A stretch of DNA of 64,000 bases from Candidatus Niyogibacteria bacterium (GCA_016432485.1 CP066691.1:676944-740943); one strand, 5' to 3'; numbered from the stretch's first letter, positions 9,901 through 20,379 are shown. Numbers and translations: made by a program. Notes: a model not told the origin generated them from the sequence alone.

Positions 9901-10371
9901 GAAGAAATGAACGAGGCGAGACGGATTGTTTCCTTGGGGCTTGAAGCGCGGGCGAAAGCCGGCATTAAAGTCCGCCAGCCGCTCGCATTGCTTAAAATCC
10001 GAAATCCGAAATCCGAAATCCGAAACAAAAAAGAATTTCTAAATTTAATAGAAGGGGAGGTGAATATTAAAAAAATAGTTTTTGATCCCAAAATCAAAGA
10101 CGAAGTTGAGTTGGACATAAACATAACTCCCGAACTGAAAGAAGAGGGCCAGCTTCGCGAACTTATACGTCATATTCAGGAGAAAAGAAAAGAAGCCGGT
10201 TTTAAGCCGTCAGATAAAATAACTTTTGCCGCATTAACCGACAGCAAAGGCGCCGCCTTTGTAAAGAAGTTTGAGGCAATCCTTAAAAAAGAAGCGGGGA
10301 TTAAAATAATAATTTTTGGAGAAGCGAAGCAAGAGCGGGGGCCCCTCATTTCTTTAAAATTTAATATATAA
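6964..10371 (+). CDS. ileS: Isoleucyl-tRNA synthetase (type 2) with inserted histidine-phosphatase domain
   Basis: GPPYANG, GWDTHGLP, WTTTPWT, ISRERYWG, DQTRGWF, KMSKS; RHGE...SHGD insert. Confidence 0.96.
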   Translation: MTDKDSEHKKSFSESEKEILEYWRKNKIFEETLDKTEKGRPFVFYEGPPYANGRPGIHHALARAFKDAILRFKTMRGFYVRRKAGWDTHGLPTEMEVEKKLGLASKKDIEEKVGLEKFVEEAKKSVFGYKEEWERLTDRMAYWLDLKNPYVTMTNGYIESLWSVFSKIAENGYLYKDYKVLPWCPRCGTSLSSHELAQGYKKVKDESVYVKFPLKQPKSYLLVWTTTPWTLPGNIALAVNPKIGYATVEKNGERLILAKSRLEVLEEDYKEINEQKGKDLIGLEYEPLYPISNIKHSTSDYKIVESDFVTAEDGTGILHVAPAFGREDQEIGKKEKLPTPITVDEEGKLKAPGYAWDGRYFKDANPLIIEDLKNRQLLFKTELYEHDYPFCWRCQSPLIYFAKNSWFLKTTAVKNQMIAENKKIGWHPEFIRDGRFGEWLSENVDWAISRERYWGTPLPIWQCNASGCGHQEIIGSLEELDKFGTKRTTRVFIMRHGEADHNVNGYVGPVINGSGLTAKGRKQVEKEVKKLVKEKIDIIISSPLTRAKQTAEIVSKTLGAKIEVNENIYDYNWGKLQGKTVAEGNKLFPLERRFKESPPGGESIPDVRARMMMELRKVVKKHGGKNILIISHGDPIWILNAALEGAEEKDYPRLWYPKTGEAKELKLHNWPYNRAGELDLHRPYIDLIDLVCAKCGGEMKRVKEVADVWFDSGAVPFAQDNFLFGAKAKRPSQYPADYIAEGVDQTRGWFYTLLAVSSLLKLPAPYKNVLVLGLVLDEKGEKMSKSRGNAAEPLTLFEKYGADAVRWYFYTVNQPWDEKLFKESDIAEASRRFLNIFWNSFVYWRTYKDKGSVLKKKPRLLINKWLDIRLNQVGYDATEALEKFDIVRAARMIENFVAEDLSRWYIRRIRDAIRFGSKPEKKEISDIFGLALREVSKLAAPFIPFLTDRMFLEVMKNGSIHLEKWTKFKKPSVSEKKLVEEMNEARRIVSLGLEARAKAGIKVRQPLALLKIRNPKSEIRNKKEFLNLIEGEVNIKKIVFDPKIKDEVELDINITPELKEEGQLRELIRHIQEKRKEAGFKPSDKITFAALTDSKGAAFVKKFEAILKKEAGIKIIIFGEAKQERGPLISLKFNI

Positions 10372-10372
10372 A

Positions 10373-10933
10373 ATGTACAACCTTCATCATACCGAGGGCG
10401 TAATTTTGTCGGAAACGGATTTCGGCGAAGCCGACCGCATATATAATATCTACACTAAAGATTTTGGGAAAATTTCGGTTTTGGCCAAAGGGATAAGGTT
10501 GGAGAAGTCAAAATTAAGAACGCACTTAACGCCGCGATCTTTAATCCGGCTTTCTTTCGTAGAGGGTAAAGAATTTATGCGCCTGATAGACGCCGAAGAA
10601 ATTTATAATTTACCCGTGAACGAAGAAATATTCGCGTCGTTTACGCGGGCCGCGGCTTTTTTTGCGCGCATGATAAAAGGGCAGGAAAAAGATGAAGCGG
10701 TTTGGGAACTTATGCGCGGCATTTTATCCGACATCGAATGTTTGACAGTAGAATGGTTTGAGCCGCTTTTTGAAGCGAGGCTTCTGCATCGTTTGGGCTA
10801 TGTTTCTTTGCCTGATAAAAATCTCGGAAAAATTATTTCGGAAAATAATTGGTTTCAGCCGGCCTTACCTAAAGAAGAAATTTCGGCTCTCAAAAATATT
10901 TCCTATAAAGCCGCAATGGCTTCGCAGCTTTGA
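10373..10933 (+). CDS. recO: DNA repair protein RecO (short form)
   Basis: EGVIL..DFGEADRI..YTKDFGKI..AKGIR N-terminal OB fold. Confidence 0.85.
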   Translation: MYNLHHTEGVILSETDFGEADRIYNIYTKDFGKISVLAKGIRLEKSKLRTHLTPRSLIRLSFVEGKEFMRLIDAEEIYNLPVNEEIFASFTRAAAFFARMIKGQEKDEAVWELMRGILSDIECLTVEWFEPLFEARLLHRLGYVSLPDKNLGKIISENNWFQPALPKEEISALKNISYKAAMASQL

Positions 10934-10967
10934 TTCAAAAAATCCCGCCGGAATCGGCGGGATTTCT

Positions 10968-12647
10968 TTATTCAATTAATTTTCGCATGGGGAGCGACTG
11001 ATCATCGGGTTCAAGCCGCACATTGATTATGGCAAGCGTTTTACTTTCGGCGGCTTGATGCAGCGCTTCGGCAAATCCATTCGGAGTTAAAACCAGAAAA
11101 CCGCGACCGTAATCAATGGCTTTTGCAAGCCGATGAAAATGAATTGGTGCCAGCGTCAGGCTTTCGGCATTCTGATTTTTATGGCGAAGCATTCCCCAGC
11201 CGTTATTATTAAGAACAATAATAATCGGGCAGAGGCCGTATTTTTTAAAAGAGCCAAGCTCGCCCTCCCACATTGAGAAAGCGCCGTCGCCGACAAGAAC
11301 AACCGGCCTTTTGCCGGCAAACTCAACGCCGAACGCGCCGACGCTGATGCCCATTGTTCCGTAGTTTGAAGACGTGAAGTATCCGGCCGGGCTTAATACT
11401 TGAAGAGCGATCATCATTGCGTCGCCGGTATCAGCTATAAGGGGCATATCCGTGTTTTTACTGAAAAACGCGTTCAGGATCGGCGCGATGTCGGCCGTTT
11501 TTATCGGCATGGGAACAGCGTCGCTCGCGCGCACTAAAGTTTTCTGATAATTTTTAGTTTCTTTTTCCGTATAATCGGCAAACGATTCAACTTTTTCATC
11601 ATCTCTCGGCAAAACATTCTCCGTCAGAAGGTTGATAAAATGAACCGCGTCTTTTGCGGATATGGTCGCATAGTGGTTGCCGATAACAATGGCGCGCTCC
11701 GGAAGGTCAATTTTAAGCGAGGGCCTTGGCAATTTTGGTTCCCTAAGGCCGTGGTTGACTTCATAATTATAAACGCCGATTTCCATTAAACAATCTGATG
11801 TTTCCGCCATCACGCCGGCAATTTCAGGATAGCTTGCGGTACCAACATATGCGCCTGTAAATAGCGGGTGTGTCAGAGGGAAATCACCGCGGCCATTAAA
11901 GCTTGAAATAACTGGAATGCGAGCCTTTTGGCTAAATCGCGCGATTGATTCTGTCAAACCGAATCGTTGGGCGAGATGCCCGATCAGAATTACGGGCCTT
12001 GCGGCATCGTCAAGCAAAGACATTGTTCTTTGGAGAAGGTTTTGAAACTTGCTTTCAGGCAGCCAAGTCAAAGTTTTTGCGGGAGGAGAGGGGAGGTATC
12101 TCGGCGTTTCAATAAGTCGATTCCACATATCCTGCGGAACTCCGATATAAACCGGCTGCTTGTCGCGCATGGCCATATCAATCATGCTGATAATTTGGCG
12201 CCAAGCGCGGCGATGGTCCACAAGGCTGATTGTGCGTTCGGGACCGAGAAGGTTTACAAAATTATCTCGCTGGTCGTCAAAATATCCCATTCGCGTCTGA
12301 TGATGAAAAAGACAGTGAGTTTCTGAGCGCTTATTTAAAGCGATTTCAGAACCAATGACAACGAGCGGACAAAAATTTGTTTTAGCATCCGTTACAGCCG
12401 AAAGCATATTAAGACAGCCGACATTATATGAGCCGTAACATGCTCCCAAGCCTTTTATGCGTCCGTAGATGTTCGCGGCAAAAGCACTTCCCGCCTCTGT
12501 TCTCGTCGTAATATTTGCAATTTCAGACTGTTCGCCTAAAGCGTAAACCAGGTCCAGAATGTAATCTCCGGGAACGCCGAAAATATGTTTAACGCCGCGG
12601 CAAGACAGCGCGGCCAATAGAAATCGAGAAAGCGTTTTTTGAGTCAT
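10968..12647 (-). CDS. ThDP-dependent 2-oxo-acid decarboxylase (indolepyruvate/phenylpyruvate decarboxylase family)
   Basis: FGVPGDY, HH pair, GDGAF...NNNG ThDP motif; start at 12647 after AAGGAGG. Confidence 0.85.
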   Translation of the reverse strand: MTQKTLSRFLLAALSCRGVKHIFGVPGDYILDLVYALGEQSEIANITTRTEAGSAFAANIYGRIKGLGACYGSYNVGCLNMLSAVTDAKTNFCPLVVIGSEIALNKRSETHCLFHHQTRMGYFDDQRDNFVNLLGPERTISLVDHRRAWRQIISMIDMAMRDKQPVYIGVPQDMWNRLIETPRYLPSPPAKTLTWLPESKFQNLLQRTMSLLDDAARPVILIGHLAQRFGLTESIARFSQKARIPVISSFNGRGDFPLTHPLFTGAYVGTASYPEIAGVMAETSDCLMEIGVYNYEVNHGLREPKLPRPSLKIDLPERAIVIGNHYATISAKDAVHFINLLTENVLPRDDEKVESFADYTEKETKNYQKTLVRASDAVPMPIKTADIAPILNAFFSKNTDMPLIADTGDAMMIALQVLSPAGYFTSSNYGTMGISVGAFGVEFAGKRPVVLVGDGAFSMWEGELGSFKKYGLCPIIIVLNNNGWGMLRHKNQNAESLTLAPIHFHRLAKAIDYGRGFLVLTPNGFAEALHQAAESKTLAIINVRLEPDDQSLPMRKLIE

Positions 12648-12772
12648 GGCGCGAGCGCCTCCTTTATCAATTTTCAAGCCGACTTTCTGCGTTATATTAA
12701 CTCTTATTTGTTTTTTTGGCAAATAAGTCATGCGTATGGGCTGATGCCCGATTTGGGTGTTATAATGATTAA

Positions 12773-14677
12773 ATGGATGAGGATAGTTTGGGGCGCCTTA
12801 AAAAACGGCTTTATAAAAAAGGCGAGATTTTCCGCGGGCGTTTCCGTGAGCCAGAGCTTCCTTATAGAAAAGAAAGAGTTGGGTCCGAGTGGCTGGAAAA
12901 CCGGCCGGAAGAAGAGATTGCCGGCTTCTTAAAAGAATCAAGATTTTCTAAAATGAAGTTTTTTATATGGATTGCTTCAGTTTTTGTTTTGGGACTAGCC
13001 GTTCTAGCCACGGTTTATCTTTTTGGCGGCTTTGGAACAGTATCCTCGCGAAATATTGATGTTGTTATTTCCGCGCCGGCTGAAGTTGCCGGCGGCGATT
13101 TGGTCCGATGGGAAGTAACTGTTCATAACAAGAACAGCGTCAAATTGGTTTTGGCCGATTTAAGTTTCAAGTATCCCGACGGCTCACGTCCGGTCAGCAA
13201 ACTTTCGGGGCAGTTTTTAATAGAAAGAGTTTCAATCGGAGAGGTTCCTGCCGGAGAAGTGGCGCGTCAGACTTTTGCCGCTTATGTTTTTGGACCTGAA
13301 AATTTTGAAGGCGCAGCTGAGGCAACGCTGGAGTATCGCACTGAAGGGTCTAACGCGATTTTTGAAAAAAGCGAAAAGAATGTCGTAAAAATAATCCGTT
13401 CGCCGGTGGGAGTTTCAATATCGGCTCCTCAAGAAATAAATGCCGCCCGAGTCGTGGATTTTGAAATCAGGTATGTTTCAAATTCCTCGGATATCATCGG
13501 CGGCTTGGCGCTGGATGTAATTTATCCTGTCGGGTTCGTTTTTAAAAACGCGCGTCCCACGCCGGTTGAGGGTCAAAGCCGCTGGGCTTTGGGGGATTTA
13601 GCTCCGGGCGAAGCCAGGTCCATAACGGTTTCCGGAGTTTTTGAAGGAGAGGATTCGGAGCAAAAAAGCGTAGTGGCTCAAGTCGGAGCGCTTGACGGAA
13701 AAAATTTGCTGGTCTACGGCGCCGGAACCCACACTTTTATTCTAAGACGAATGTTCATTGATCTTGGAGTCAGGATAAACGGCCAGGATGAAATTTTGGC
13801 GGTAAAAAGCGGGGATTTTGTCAGTGCGGATGTTTTTTGGAAAAACAATCTTTTGCAGTCGGTGCGCAATGCCACGATAGAGCTTGAACTGACGGGAGAC
13901 GCGATTGACGAACGAAGCATATCGGTTTCATCGGGTTCATACCGAGGTTTTGAAAAAAAGATTATTTGGTCTCCATCAAGCAATAAAGATCTGGTTTTAA
14001 TTGATCCGGGAGCAACGGGACAAGCTCATGCCGGATTCAGGATTTTAGACGCCGTTTCTTTATCGCGCAAGCAATTAGTGAATCCGACCGTAAAATTGAA
14101 AGGTGAGATTAAGCCCGCTTTTCTTCCGGAAGGTTTTGAGGGCGCCGACATTTCCGGAAAATTTGAAATTGAATTAAAAATTGAAACCGCTCTGCAATTA
14201 TCCAGCGCCGGCTTTTATTATCTGCCGGCTTTGGCCGGTTATGGCCCGATACCTCCGCGCGTGGGGCAGGAAACCGTTTATACCGTCGTCTGGACTTTGG
14301 CTAATTTGTCTAATAATGCCAGCGGCGTTATTGTCAGAGCGTCACTGCCGGCATATGTCCGCTGGAAAGGCGTATTTAGTCCGGCCGTTGAAGAAATAAG
14401 TTATGACGCGGCAAAGTCCGAAATTGTCTGGAAGCCCGGGGCGGTAAAAGCCGGCGTTGGAATAACGCAGCCGGCAAGAGAGGCGTCTTTTCAGATAGGG
14501 ATTATTCCGTCGGCAGACCAGATAGGGTCGTCTCCGGTTTTGCTTTTTGACATCACGGCTTCCGGCCGAGATGATTTTACCGGAAATGCGATTAGTGACG
14601 CGGAATCGTCGCTCACAACCGACATATCAAGGTCGGATGTTAAAACCAAACAGGCCGACGGCGTTATTGTTCAATAA
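12773..14677 (+). CDS. Membrane-anchored protein with repeated beta-sandwich (DUF11-like) domains
   Basis: Single TM near residues 62-85; repeated W.LGDL.PGE-type motifs. Confidence 0.6.
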   Translation: MDEDSLGRLKKRLYKKGEIFRGRFREPELPYRKERVGSEWLENRPEEEIAGFLKESRFSKMKFFIWIASVFVLGLAVLATVYLFGGFGTVSSRNIDVVISAPAEVAGGDLVRWEVTVHNKNSVKLVLADLSFKYPDGSRPVSKLSGQFLIERVSIGEVPAGEVARQTFAAYVFGPENFEGAAEATLEYRTEGSNAIFEKSEKNVVKIIRSPVGVSISAPQEINAARVVDFEIRYVSNSSDIIGGLALDVIYPVGFVFKNARPTPVEGQSRWALGDLAPGEARSITVSGVFEGEDSEQKSVVAQVGALDGKNLLVYGAGTHTFILRRMFIDLGVRINGQDEILAVKSGDFVSADVFWKNNLLQSVRNATIELELTGDAIDERSISVSSGSYRGFEKKIIWSPSSNKDLVLIDPGATGQAHAGFRILDAVSLSRKQLVNPTVKLKGEIKPAFLPEGFEGADISGKFEIELKIETALQLSSAGFYYLPALAGYGPIPPRVGQETVYTVVWTLANLSNNASGVIVRASLPAYVRWKGVFSPAVEEISYDAAKSEIVWKPGAVKAGVGITQPAREASFQIGIIPSADQIGSSPVLLFDITASGRDDFTGNAISDAESSLTTDISRSDVKTKQADGVIVQ

Positions 14678-14716
14678 TTGATTGCTAATCGGTCCGCTTA
14701 CAATTAGACTTTCATA

Positions 14717-15997
14717 ATGGCAGAAAATAAATTGGAAAAAATAGTTTCGCTCGCCAAAAGGCGCGGATTTGTTTATCCGGCCTCTGAAATTTACGGGGGG
14801 CTGGCCGGCTTTTGGGATTTGGGACCTTACGGCGCCCAGTTAGCTCACAATATAAAAGATTTGTGGTGGAATCATTTTGTTAAAAGTCATGAAGATATGT
14901 ACGGCATCGCCACAACCGCCATAATGCCCGAAGCGGTTTGGCGCGCGAGCGGCCACTTGGAGGATTTTGCCGATCCGATGGTTGAATGTAAAAAATGCGA
15001 AGGGCGTTTTCGGGCGGATCAAGTGAAAGACGAAAAGAAATGCCCGGAATGCGGCGGTAAACTCGGAAACTCGCGGCAGTTTAATCTTATGTTTAAAACC
15101 GGAGAAGTATATTTGCGTCCGGAGATCGCTCAAGGAATGTTTGTTAATTTTAAAAATGTTTTGGATACGACGCGCGCGGCTCTCCCTTTCGGCATTGCCC
15201 AGATCGGCAAGGCGTATAGAAACGAAATTTCTCCGCGCGATTTTCTTTTTCGTGTAAGGGAATTCGATTTGATGGAGTTTGAATATTTTTGCCGCGAAAA
15301 AGAATGGCCGGAGCATTTTGAGCGTTGGCGTAAAGAGATGCTGTCTTGGATTGCGAGTGTCGGAATTGATGAGAGCATGGTTCATGAAATTGAGGTGCCG
15401 GAGAATGATCGCGCCCATTATTCAAAACGGACGGTTGATTTTGAGTTTGATTATCCCTTCGGCACAAAAGAACTTTATGGTTTGGCTTATCGCGCGGACT
15501 ACGATTTATCGCGCCATATGAAGGAATCCGGAGTTGATTTAAGGTACGCCGACCCTCAAAGCGGCGAAAAATTCGTTCCGCATGTTGTTGAGCCGACTTT
15601 CGGTTTGGGCCGGACGATTCTTGCGGTTTTGGTTTCGGCGTACGCCGAAGATGACTTTGGAGGAGAGCCGCGGACTTATTTAAAATTAAAACCGAGCATT
15701 GCTCCGGTAAAAATCGCTGTTTTCCCGTTAGTGAAAAATAAACCCGATTTAGTCAAAAAAGCCCGCGAGGTTTATCAAAATTTGAGAAAAGAGTTTGGCG
15801 CGGTTGAGTTTGACGATAACGGCAACATAGGCAAACGCTACCGCCGGCAAGACGAAATCGGAACGCCTTGGTGCGTAACGATTGACTACCAAACTTTGGA
15901 AGACGATACCGTAACCGTCCGTGATCGCGATTCGGGAAAACAGGAGCGTTTTGCGATAAAAGATTTGGAGACGCATTTTTTGAGCGTTTTACGCTGA
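14717..15997 (+). CDS. glyQS: Glycyl-tRNA synthetase, homodimeric type
   Basis: KRRGF..SEIYGG, YLRPE, FRVREF, IGKRYRRQDEIGTP. Confidence 0.96.
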   Translation: MAENKLEKIVSLAKRRGFVYPASEIYGGLAGFWDLGPYGAQLAHNIKDLWWNHFVKSHEDMYGIATTAIMPEAVWRASGHLEDFADPMVECKKCEGRFRADQVKDEKKCPECGGKLGNSRQFNLMFKTGEVYLRPEIAQGMFVNFKNVLDTTRAALPFGIAQIGKAYRNEISPRDFLFRVREFDLMEFEYFCREKEWPEHFERWRKEMLSWIASVGIDESMVHEIEVPENDRAHYSKRTVDFEFDYPFGTKELYGLAYRADYDLSRHMKESGVDLRYADPQSGEKFVPHVVEPTFGLGRTILAVLVSAYAEDDFGGEPRTYLKLKPSIAPVKIAVFPLVKNKPDLVKKAREVYQNLRKEFGAVEFDDNGNIGKRYRRQDEIGTPWCVTIDYQTLEDDTVTVRDRDSGKQERFAIKDLETHFLSVLR

Positions 15998-16055
15998 ATA
16001 AATCAGTTGTATAATTTAAAAAGAAGCGCGACTTGAGAAACTCGGAGAAAACGGG

Positions 16056-16442
16056 ATGAAAAGAAAGATAAGGCGGACGAAATATCATATCAGATATAGG
16101 TATCGCGCAAAAGACGGCCGTTTAGGCCGGCGTCAGCTTAAAATTCTGGGCTTATGGTTTGGCGCGATTATTTTTCTTGGTTGGCTGAATAATTATTTCT
16201 TTACGCCGTTTTCTGAAAGTGAAGTGAGGGCCGCGGATCGGTCCTCGCGGCATGTAGAACTTGTCAGAGCCACGGGTGTTGAAAGAATTATTATTAAAAA
16301 GACGGATCCGAGCGGAGCCACAAAAACATATCGCGGAAATGTCGGAAAGGGTGTTGGTTTTCGCGAAGACGGCATGAGTTATAATCTTAAGGGTTATATT
16401 AAAGAAAATGGCGAGCTGATTCTTAACATAGACGTAGAGTGA
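16056..16442 (+). CDS. Hypothetical single-TM protein
   Basis: Basic N-terminus, one TM helix, followed by a terminator at ~16452-16488. Confidence 0.55.
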   Translation: MKRKIRRTKYHIRYRYRAKDGRLGRRQLKILGLWFGAIIFLGWLNNYFFTPFSESEVRAADRSSRHVELVRATGVERIIIKKTDPSGATKTYRGNVGKGVGFREDGMSYNLKGYIKENGELILNIDVE

Positions 16443-16512
16443 GTTTTTGCAGGGGCGCGTTATGTCACGCGCCCATTTTTATTTTTTTACCGGCCATGAT
16501 AATATTTAAAAT

Positions 16513-17784
16513 ATGAAATTTTATAAAAAAATTCTGCCAAGCGGATTAAAAATAATTACCGCACCCATGTCGGGGACGGAAGCGATGACTATTTTGGTTT
16601 TGGTCGGCACCGGCTCAAAATATGAAACTAAAGGAACTAACGGCATATCGCATTTTTTGGAACATCTTTTTTTCAAAGGCACCGAGCATCGTCCGAACGC
16701 CGGCGATGTGCATCGGGATTTGGATCGTTTGGGCGCGGAGCATAACGCCTTCACTTCACAGGAAGTTACCGGCTACTGGGTTAAAGCCGCGGCCAAGCAT
16801 TTTGACGCGGCCTTGGACATTGTTTCGGACATTTTACTTGAGCCGTTATTTAAAGCGGAAGAAATTGAGCGCGAACGCGGCGTAATTTTGCAGGAAATCA
16901 GCATGTACGAGGATATGCCGCAAAGAAAAATATTTACGGTTTGGGAAGATCTTTTGTACGGCGACCAGCCCGCCGGATGGGATATAGCCGGCCCGCCCGC
17001 GACCATACGCAGGATAAAAAGAGAAGAAATTATCGGTTATAAAGAGGGGCAATATGTGGCCGCAAACACTTTAGTAATAGCAGCCGGAAATATTGACCAA
17101 AAGTCGGCGGAATCAAAAATCGCCGGAATCTTTAAAAAATTCAAGCACGGCCATCCGAATCCAAAAAAGAAAGTCAAAGAAAGTCAAATCAGGCCCGCCA
17201 TAAAATTTGAATTTAAAAAAACCGACCAGACCCATCTGGCTTTGGGTTTTCGCGGTTACGATATGTATGACCGGAGGCGTTACGCTCTCGGCCTTTTGAG
17301 CGTGATCCTCGGAGGCAACACTTCAAGCCGTTTGTTTGACGAAATTCGCGAAAAGCTGGGGCTGGCTTATTATGTGCGCGCGGCGGCCCAGCAATACACC
17401 GATTCCGGCTATCTCATATCTAACGCCGGCATACCTCACTCGGAATTGCCGAGAGTGATTAAGAAGATAATTGAAATTTTTAAAGACCTCAAAGAAAATG
17501 GCGTGTCAAACGAAGAAATTAAGTTCGCCAAAGATTATCTCCGCGGAACAATGGCGCTTTCTTTTGAGTCCTCCGACGAGATTGCTTCTTTTTTCGGTGA
17601 GCAGGCGCTTTTTTACAAAAAAATAAAAATGCCCCGGGAGATTTTTAAGGATATTGAAAAAGTAAGCAGAAATGATATTATGAGAGTGATTAGAGAGCTT
17701 TTCCGGCCGGCCAAAATAAATTTGGCGGTCATCGGTCCGCACAAGGAATCCGGCGACTATATCTCTCTTCTTAAGAAATTTTAA
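16513..17784 (+). CDS. M16 family zinc peptidase
   Basis: HFLEH inverted motif, NAFT, SSRLF.EIREK.GLAY. Confidence 0.93.
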   Translation: MKFYKKILPSGLKIITAPMSGTEAMTILVLVGTGSKYETKGTNGISHFLEHLFFKGTEHRPNAGDVHRDLDRLGAEHNAFTSQEVTGYWVKAAAKHFDAALDIVSDILLEPLFKAEEIERERGVILQEISMYEDMPQRKIFTVWEDLLYGDQPAGWDIAGPPATIRRIKREEIIGYKEGQYVAANTLVIAAGNIDQKSAESKIAGIFKKFKHGHPNPKKKVKESQIRPAIKFEFKKTDQTHLALGFRGYDMYDRRRYALGLLSVILGGNTSSRLFDEIREKLGLAYYVRAAAQQYTDSGYLISNAGIPHSELPRVIKKIIEIFKDLKENGVSNEEIKFAKDYLRGTMALSFESSDEIASFFGEQALFYKKIKMPREIFKDIEKVSRNDIMRVIRELFRPAKINLAVIGPHKESGDYISLLKKF

Positions 17785-18803
17785 TGCCAAACCTGACTAA
17801 AATAGAAATTTCAACCGGCACGTTTCTTCGCGCCATACTTTTGATTTTGGGATTTGTTTTTCTGTATTTTATACGGGATGTCGTCGCGGTAATTCTTTTT
17901 TCCGTAGTGATTGCGTCGGCTGTTGAGCCGGCAGCCCAGTGGTTTATGCGTTATCGCCTTCCGAGGGTTCTTGGCGTGCTTTTGGTCTACATTATTGTTT
18001 TTTCTCTTGTGGCATCCGCTTTTTCCCTGATTATTCCTCCGCTTTTTGCCGAAATTTCCGCGGTTTCTTCGGAATCGCTGATTAAGAGCGCTTCCGGAGC
18101 GTTTTTTAACATCGCGCCGCAGCTGCCGGCCTCCATATCCGGCGTAATAACCGGATTTATTGAGAACTCCAGAGTTTATGTTGAAAAATTGGCCGGAGGA
18201 TTTTTTCAAGCAACCTCTGCCCTGTTCGGCGGCGCCCTCTCTTTTATTTTAATTGTTGTCATATCTTTTTATCTCTCGGTGCAGGAAAGAGGTATTGAGG
18301 GTTTTTTAAAGATTGTTGTTCCGCTTGAATATGAGAGATATGTGTTGGATTTATGGTCGCGGGTTCGGCGCAAAATGGGCTCGTGGATGCAGTCCCAAAT
18401 ACTTTTAGGAGTGCTGGTAGGAGTTTTGGTTTTTATCGGTTTGACTATTTTGCAGATTAAATTTGCTTTGTCTCTCGCGATTATCGCGGCCATCTTTGAG
18501 ATTCTTCCGGTTTTCGGACCGATACTTGCCGCGATTCCGGCGGTTCTTTTGGCTTTTTTGCAGAGCCCGGCTCTGGGTCTTATGGTTATAATTTTTTATT
18601 TCATAGTTCAGCAATTTGAAAATCATCTTATTGTGCCCGTGCTTTTCAAGAAGGCGGTAGGGGTTCCTCCGATCCTGGTAGTTTTGGCTTTAATCGTCGG
18701 AGGAAAGCTCGGAGGTTTTTTCGGTCTTTTACTCGCGGTGCCGGTGGCAGTGGTTTTGGTGGAGTTTTTAAATGATATAGCCGCAAGGAAGCAGATTGGC
18801 TGA
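17784..18803 (+). CDS. AI-2E family transporter
   Basis: Multi-TM; P..GP, QQFENH..P, G.LLAVP motifs. Confidence 0.88.
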   Translation: MPNLTKIEISTGTFLRAILLILGFVFLYFIRDVVAVILFSVVIASAVEPAAQWFMRYRLPRVLGVLLVYIIVFSLVASAFSLIIPPLFAEISAVSSESLIKSASGAFFNIAPQLPASISGVITGFIENSRVYVEKLAGGFFQATSALFGGALSFILIVVISFYLSVQERGIEGFLKIVVPLEYERYVLDLWSRVRRKMGSWMQSQILLGVLVGVLVFIGLTILQIKFALSLAIIAAIFEILPVFGPILAAIPAVLLAFLQSPALGLMVIIFYFIVQQFENHLIVPVLFKKAVGVPPILVVLALIVGGKLGGFFGLLLAVPVAVVLVEFLNDIAARKQIG

Positions 18804-20371
18804 TGTCCGAGAAATTTTATATAACTACGGCCATAGCTTATGTTAACGCGCGACCGCATGTCGGTTTTGCTTTGGAGTTGGTTCAGGCGGACGCCATCGC
18901 CCGCTGGCACAAACTTAAGGGGCGGGAGGTTTATTTTCTTACGGGGACCGATGAACATGGCGCCAAAAACATCCGCGCCGCCCAAAAAGCGGGAAAAGAT
19001 ATAAAGGAGTTCGCGGATACAAACGCGTCTATTTTTAAAAAACTTGTTTCAGATCTCGGAATTTCAGCTGATGATTTCATACGCACTTCAGACCAAATCC
19101 GCCATTTCCCCGGAGCGCAGGAACTCTGGAAAAAACTTGAAGCGTCGGGAGATATTTATAAAAAAAAATATCGCGGTCTTTACTGCGTGGGGCATGAGGC
19201 CTTTGTGACCCAAAAGGACTTGATTGGAGGCAAGTGCGCCGACCACGACGCGGAGCCGGAAATTATAGAAGAAGAAAATTATTTTTTCCGCCTCTCACGC
19301 TTTACTCAAGAAATAAAAAAAGCGCTTTCTTCGGGTGAGTTGCGGATATACCCCGAATCGCGCCGGAATGAAATGCTGGCTTTTATTGAAGGGGGTCTGG
19401 AAGATGTAAGTTTTTCTCGGCCGTCAAAAGATATTTCCTGGGGAGTGCCCGTCCCCGGAGATGCCGCGCAAACAATGTATGTCTGGTCGGACGCCCTGGC
19501 TAACTACATAACCGCGCTCGGCTTCGGTTCTGAAAATTTGGAAAAATTCAAGAAATTCTGGCCGGCCGATTTGCATGTTTTGGGCAAAGATATTTTGCGC
19601 TTTCACGCTTTAATCTGGCCCGGCATGCTTCTCTCCGCGGGGCTTCCTTTGCCCAAGGGAATTTTCGTTCACGGCTTTATTAAGGTCGGCGGGCGGAAAA
19701 TGTCCAAAACACTCGGCAATGTCATTGACCCGATTGATTTTATTGAACGACACGGGCGTGATCCGCTCCGTTATTATCTTCTGCGCGAAATCCTGACGCA
19801 CGAGGACGGCGATTTAACCGAAGAAAAATTCATAGAGGCTTATAACGCCAATTTGGCCAACGGCCTTGGGAATTATGTGAGCCGAGTAGTGAAAATGATA
19901 GAGCAATATTTCGGCGGCGTTTTACAAAAGCCGTCTGACGCCGAAATATCCGCCGTTCCTATGAAAAAACGCGCCTCTTTTTTCAGGTCTGAAGATGAGG
20001 GCGCGAAACTGGAGCTGGTTTCCCCGCCTTATTTTATTGATCGGGTGGTTTGGCCGGCCTATGACAAATCAATGGAAGATTATCAGTTAAAATCCGCCCT
20101 TGATTTGGTTTGGTCGCTGATAGCGGAACTTGATTTATATATTCAAGCCTACGAGCCGTTTAAACTCATAAAGATCGAACCGGAAAAAACCAAAGTTATT
20201 TTGTGGAATCTGGCTTACGGCGCTTTAAGCGTTGGCTGGATGCTTAAGCCGTTTATGCCGGAGACCTCCGAAAAGATATTTAAGGCCTTTGGCGTTGATT
20301 TTGGGTCAAAAGAAGAGTGGCGCGAGGTTCGGGTGAAACTTGACGAGCCGCTGTTTTTGAGAATTTCTTAA
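18803..20371 (+). CDS. metG: Methionyl-tRNA synthetase
   Basis: FYITTAI.Y.N..PHVG, TGTDEHG, GKDILRFH, KMSKT. Confidence 0.96.
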   Translation: MSEKFYITTAIAYVNARPHVGFALELVQADAIARWHKLKGREVYFLTGTDEHGAKNIRAAQKAGKDIKEFADTNASIFKKLVSDLGISADDFIRTSDQIRHFPGAQELWKKLEASGDIYKKKYRGLYCVGHEAFVTQKDLIGGKCADHDAEPEIIEEENYFFRLSRFTQEIKKALSSGELRIYPESRRNEMLAFIEGGLEDVSFSRPSKDISWGVPVPGDAAQTMYVWSDALANYITALGFGSENLEKFKKFWPADLHVLGKDILRFHALIWPGMLLSAGLPLPKGIFVHGFIKVGGRKMSKTLGNVIDPIDFIERHGRDPLRYYLLREILTHEDGDLTEEKFIEAYNANLANGLGNYVSRVVKMIEQYFGGVLQKPSDAEISAVPMKKRASFFRSEDEGAKLELVSPPYFIDRVVWPAYDKSMEDYQLKSALDLVWSLIAELDLYIQAYEPFKLIKIEPEKTKVILWNLAYGALSVGWMLKPFMPETSEKIFKAFGVDFGSKEEWREVRVKLDEPLFLRIS

Positions 20372-20379
20372 TTTTTGGC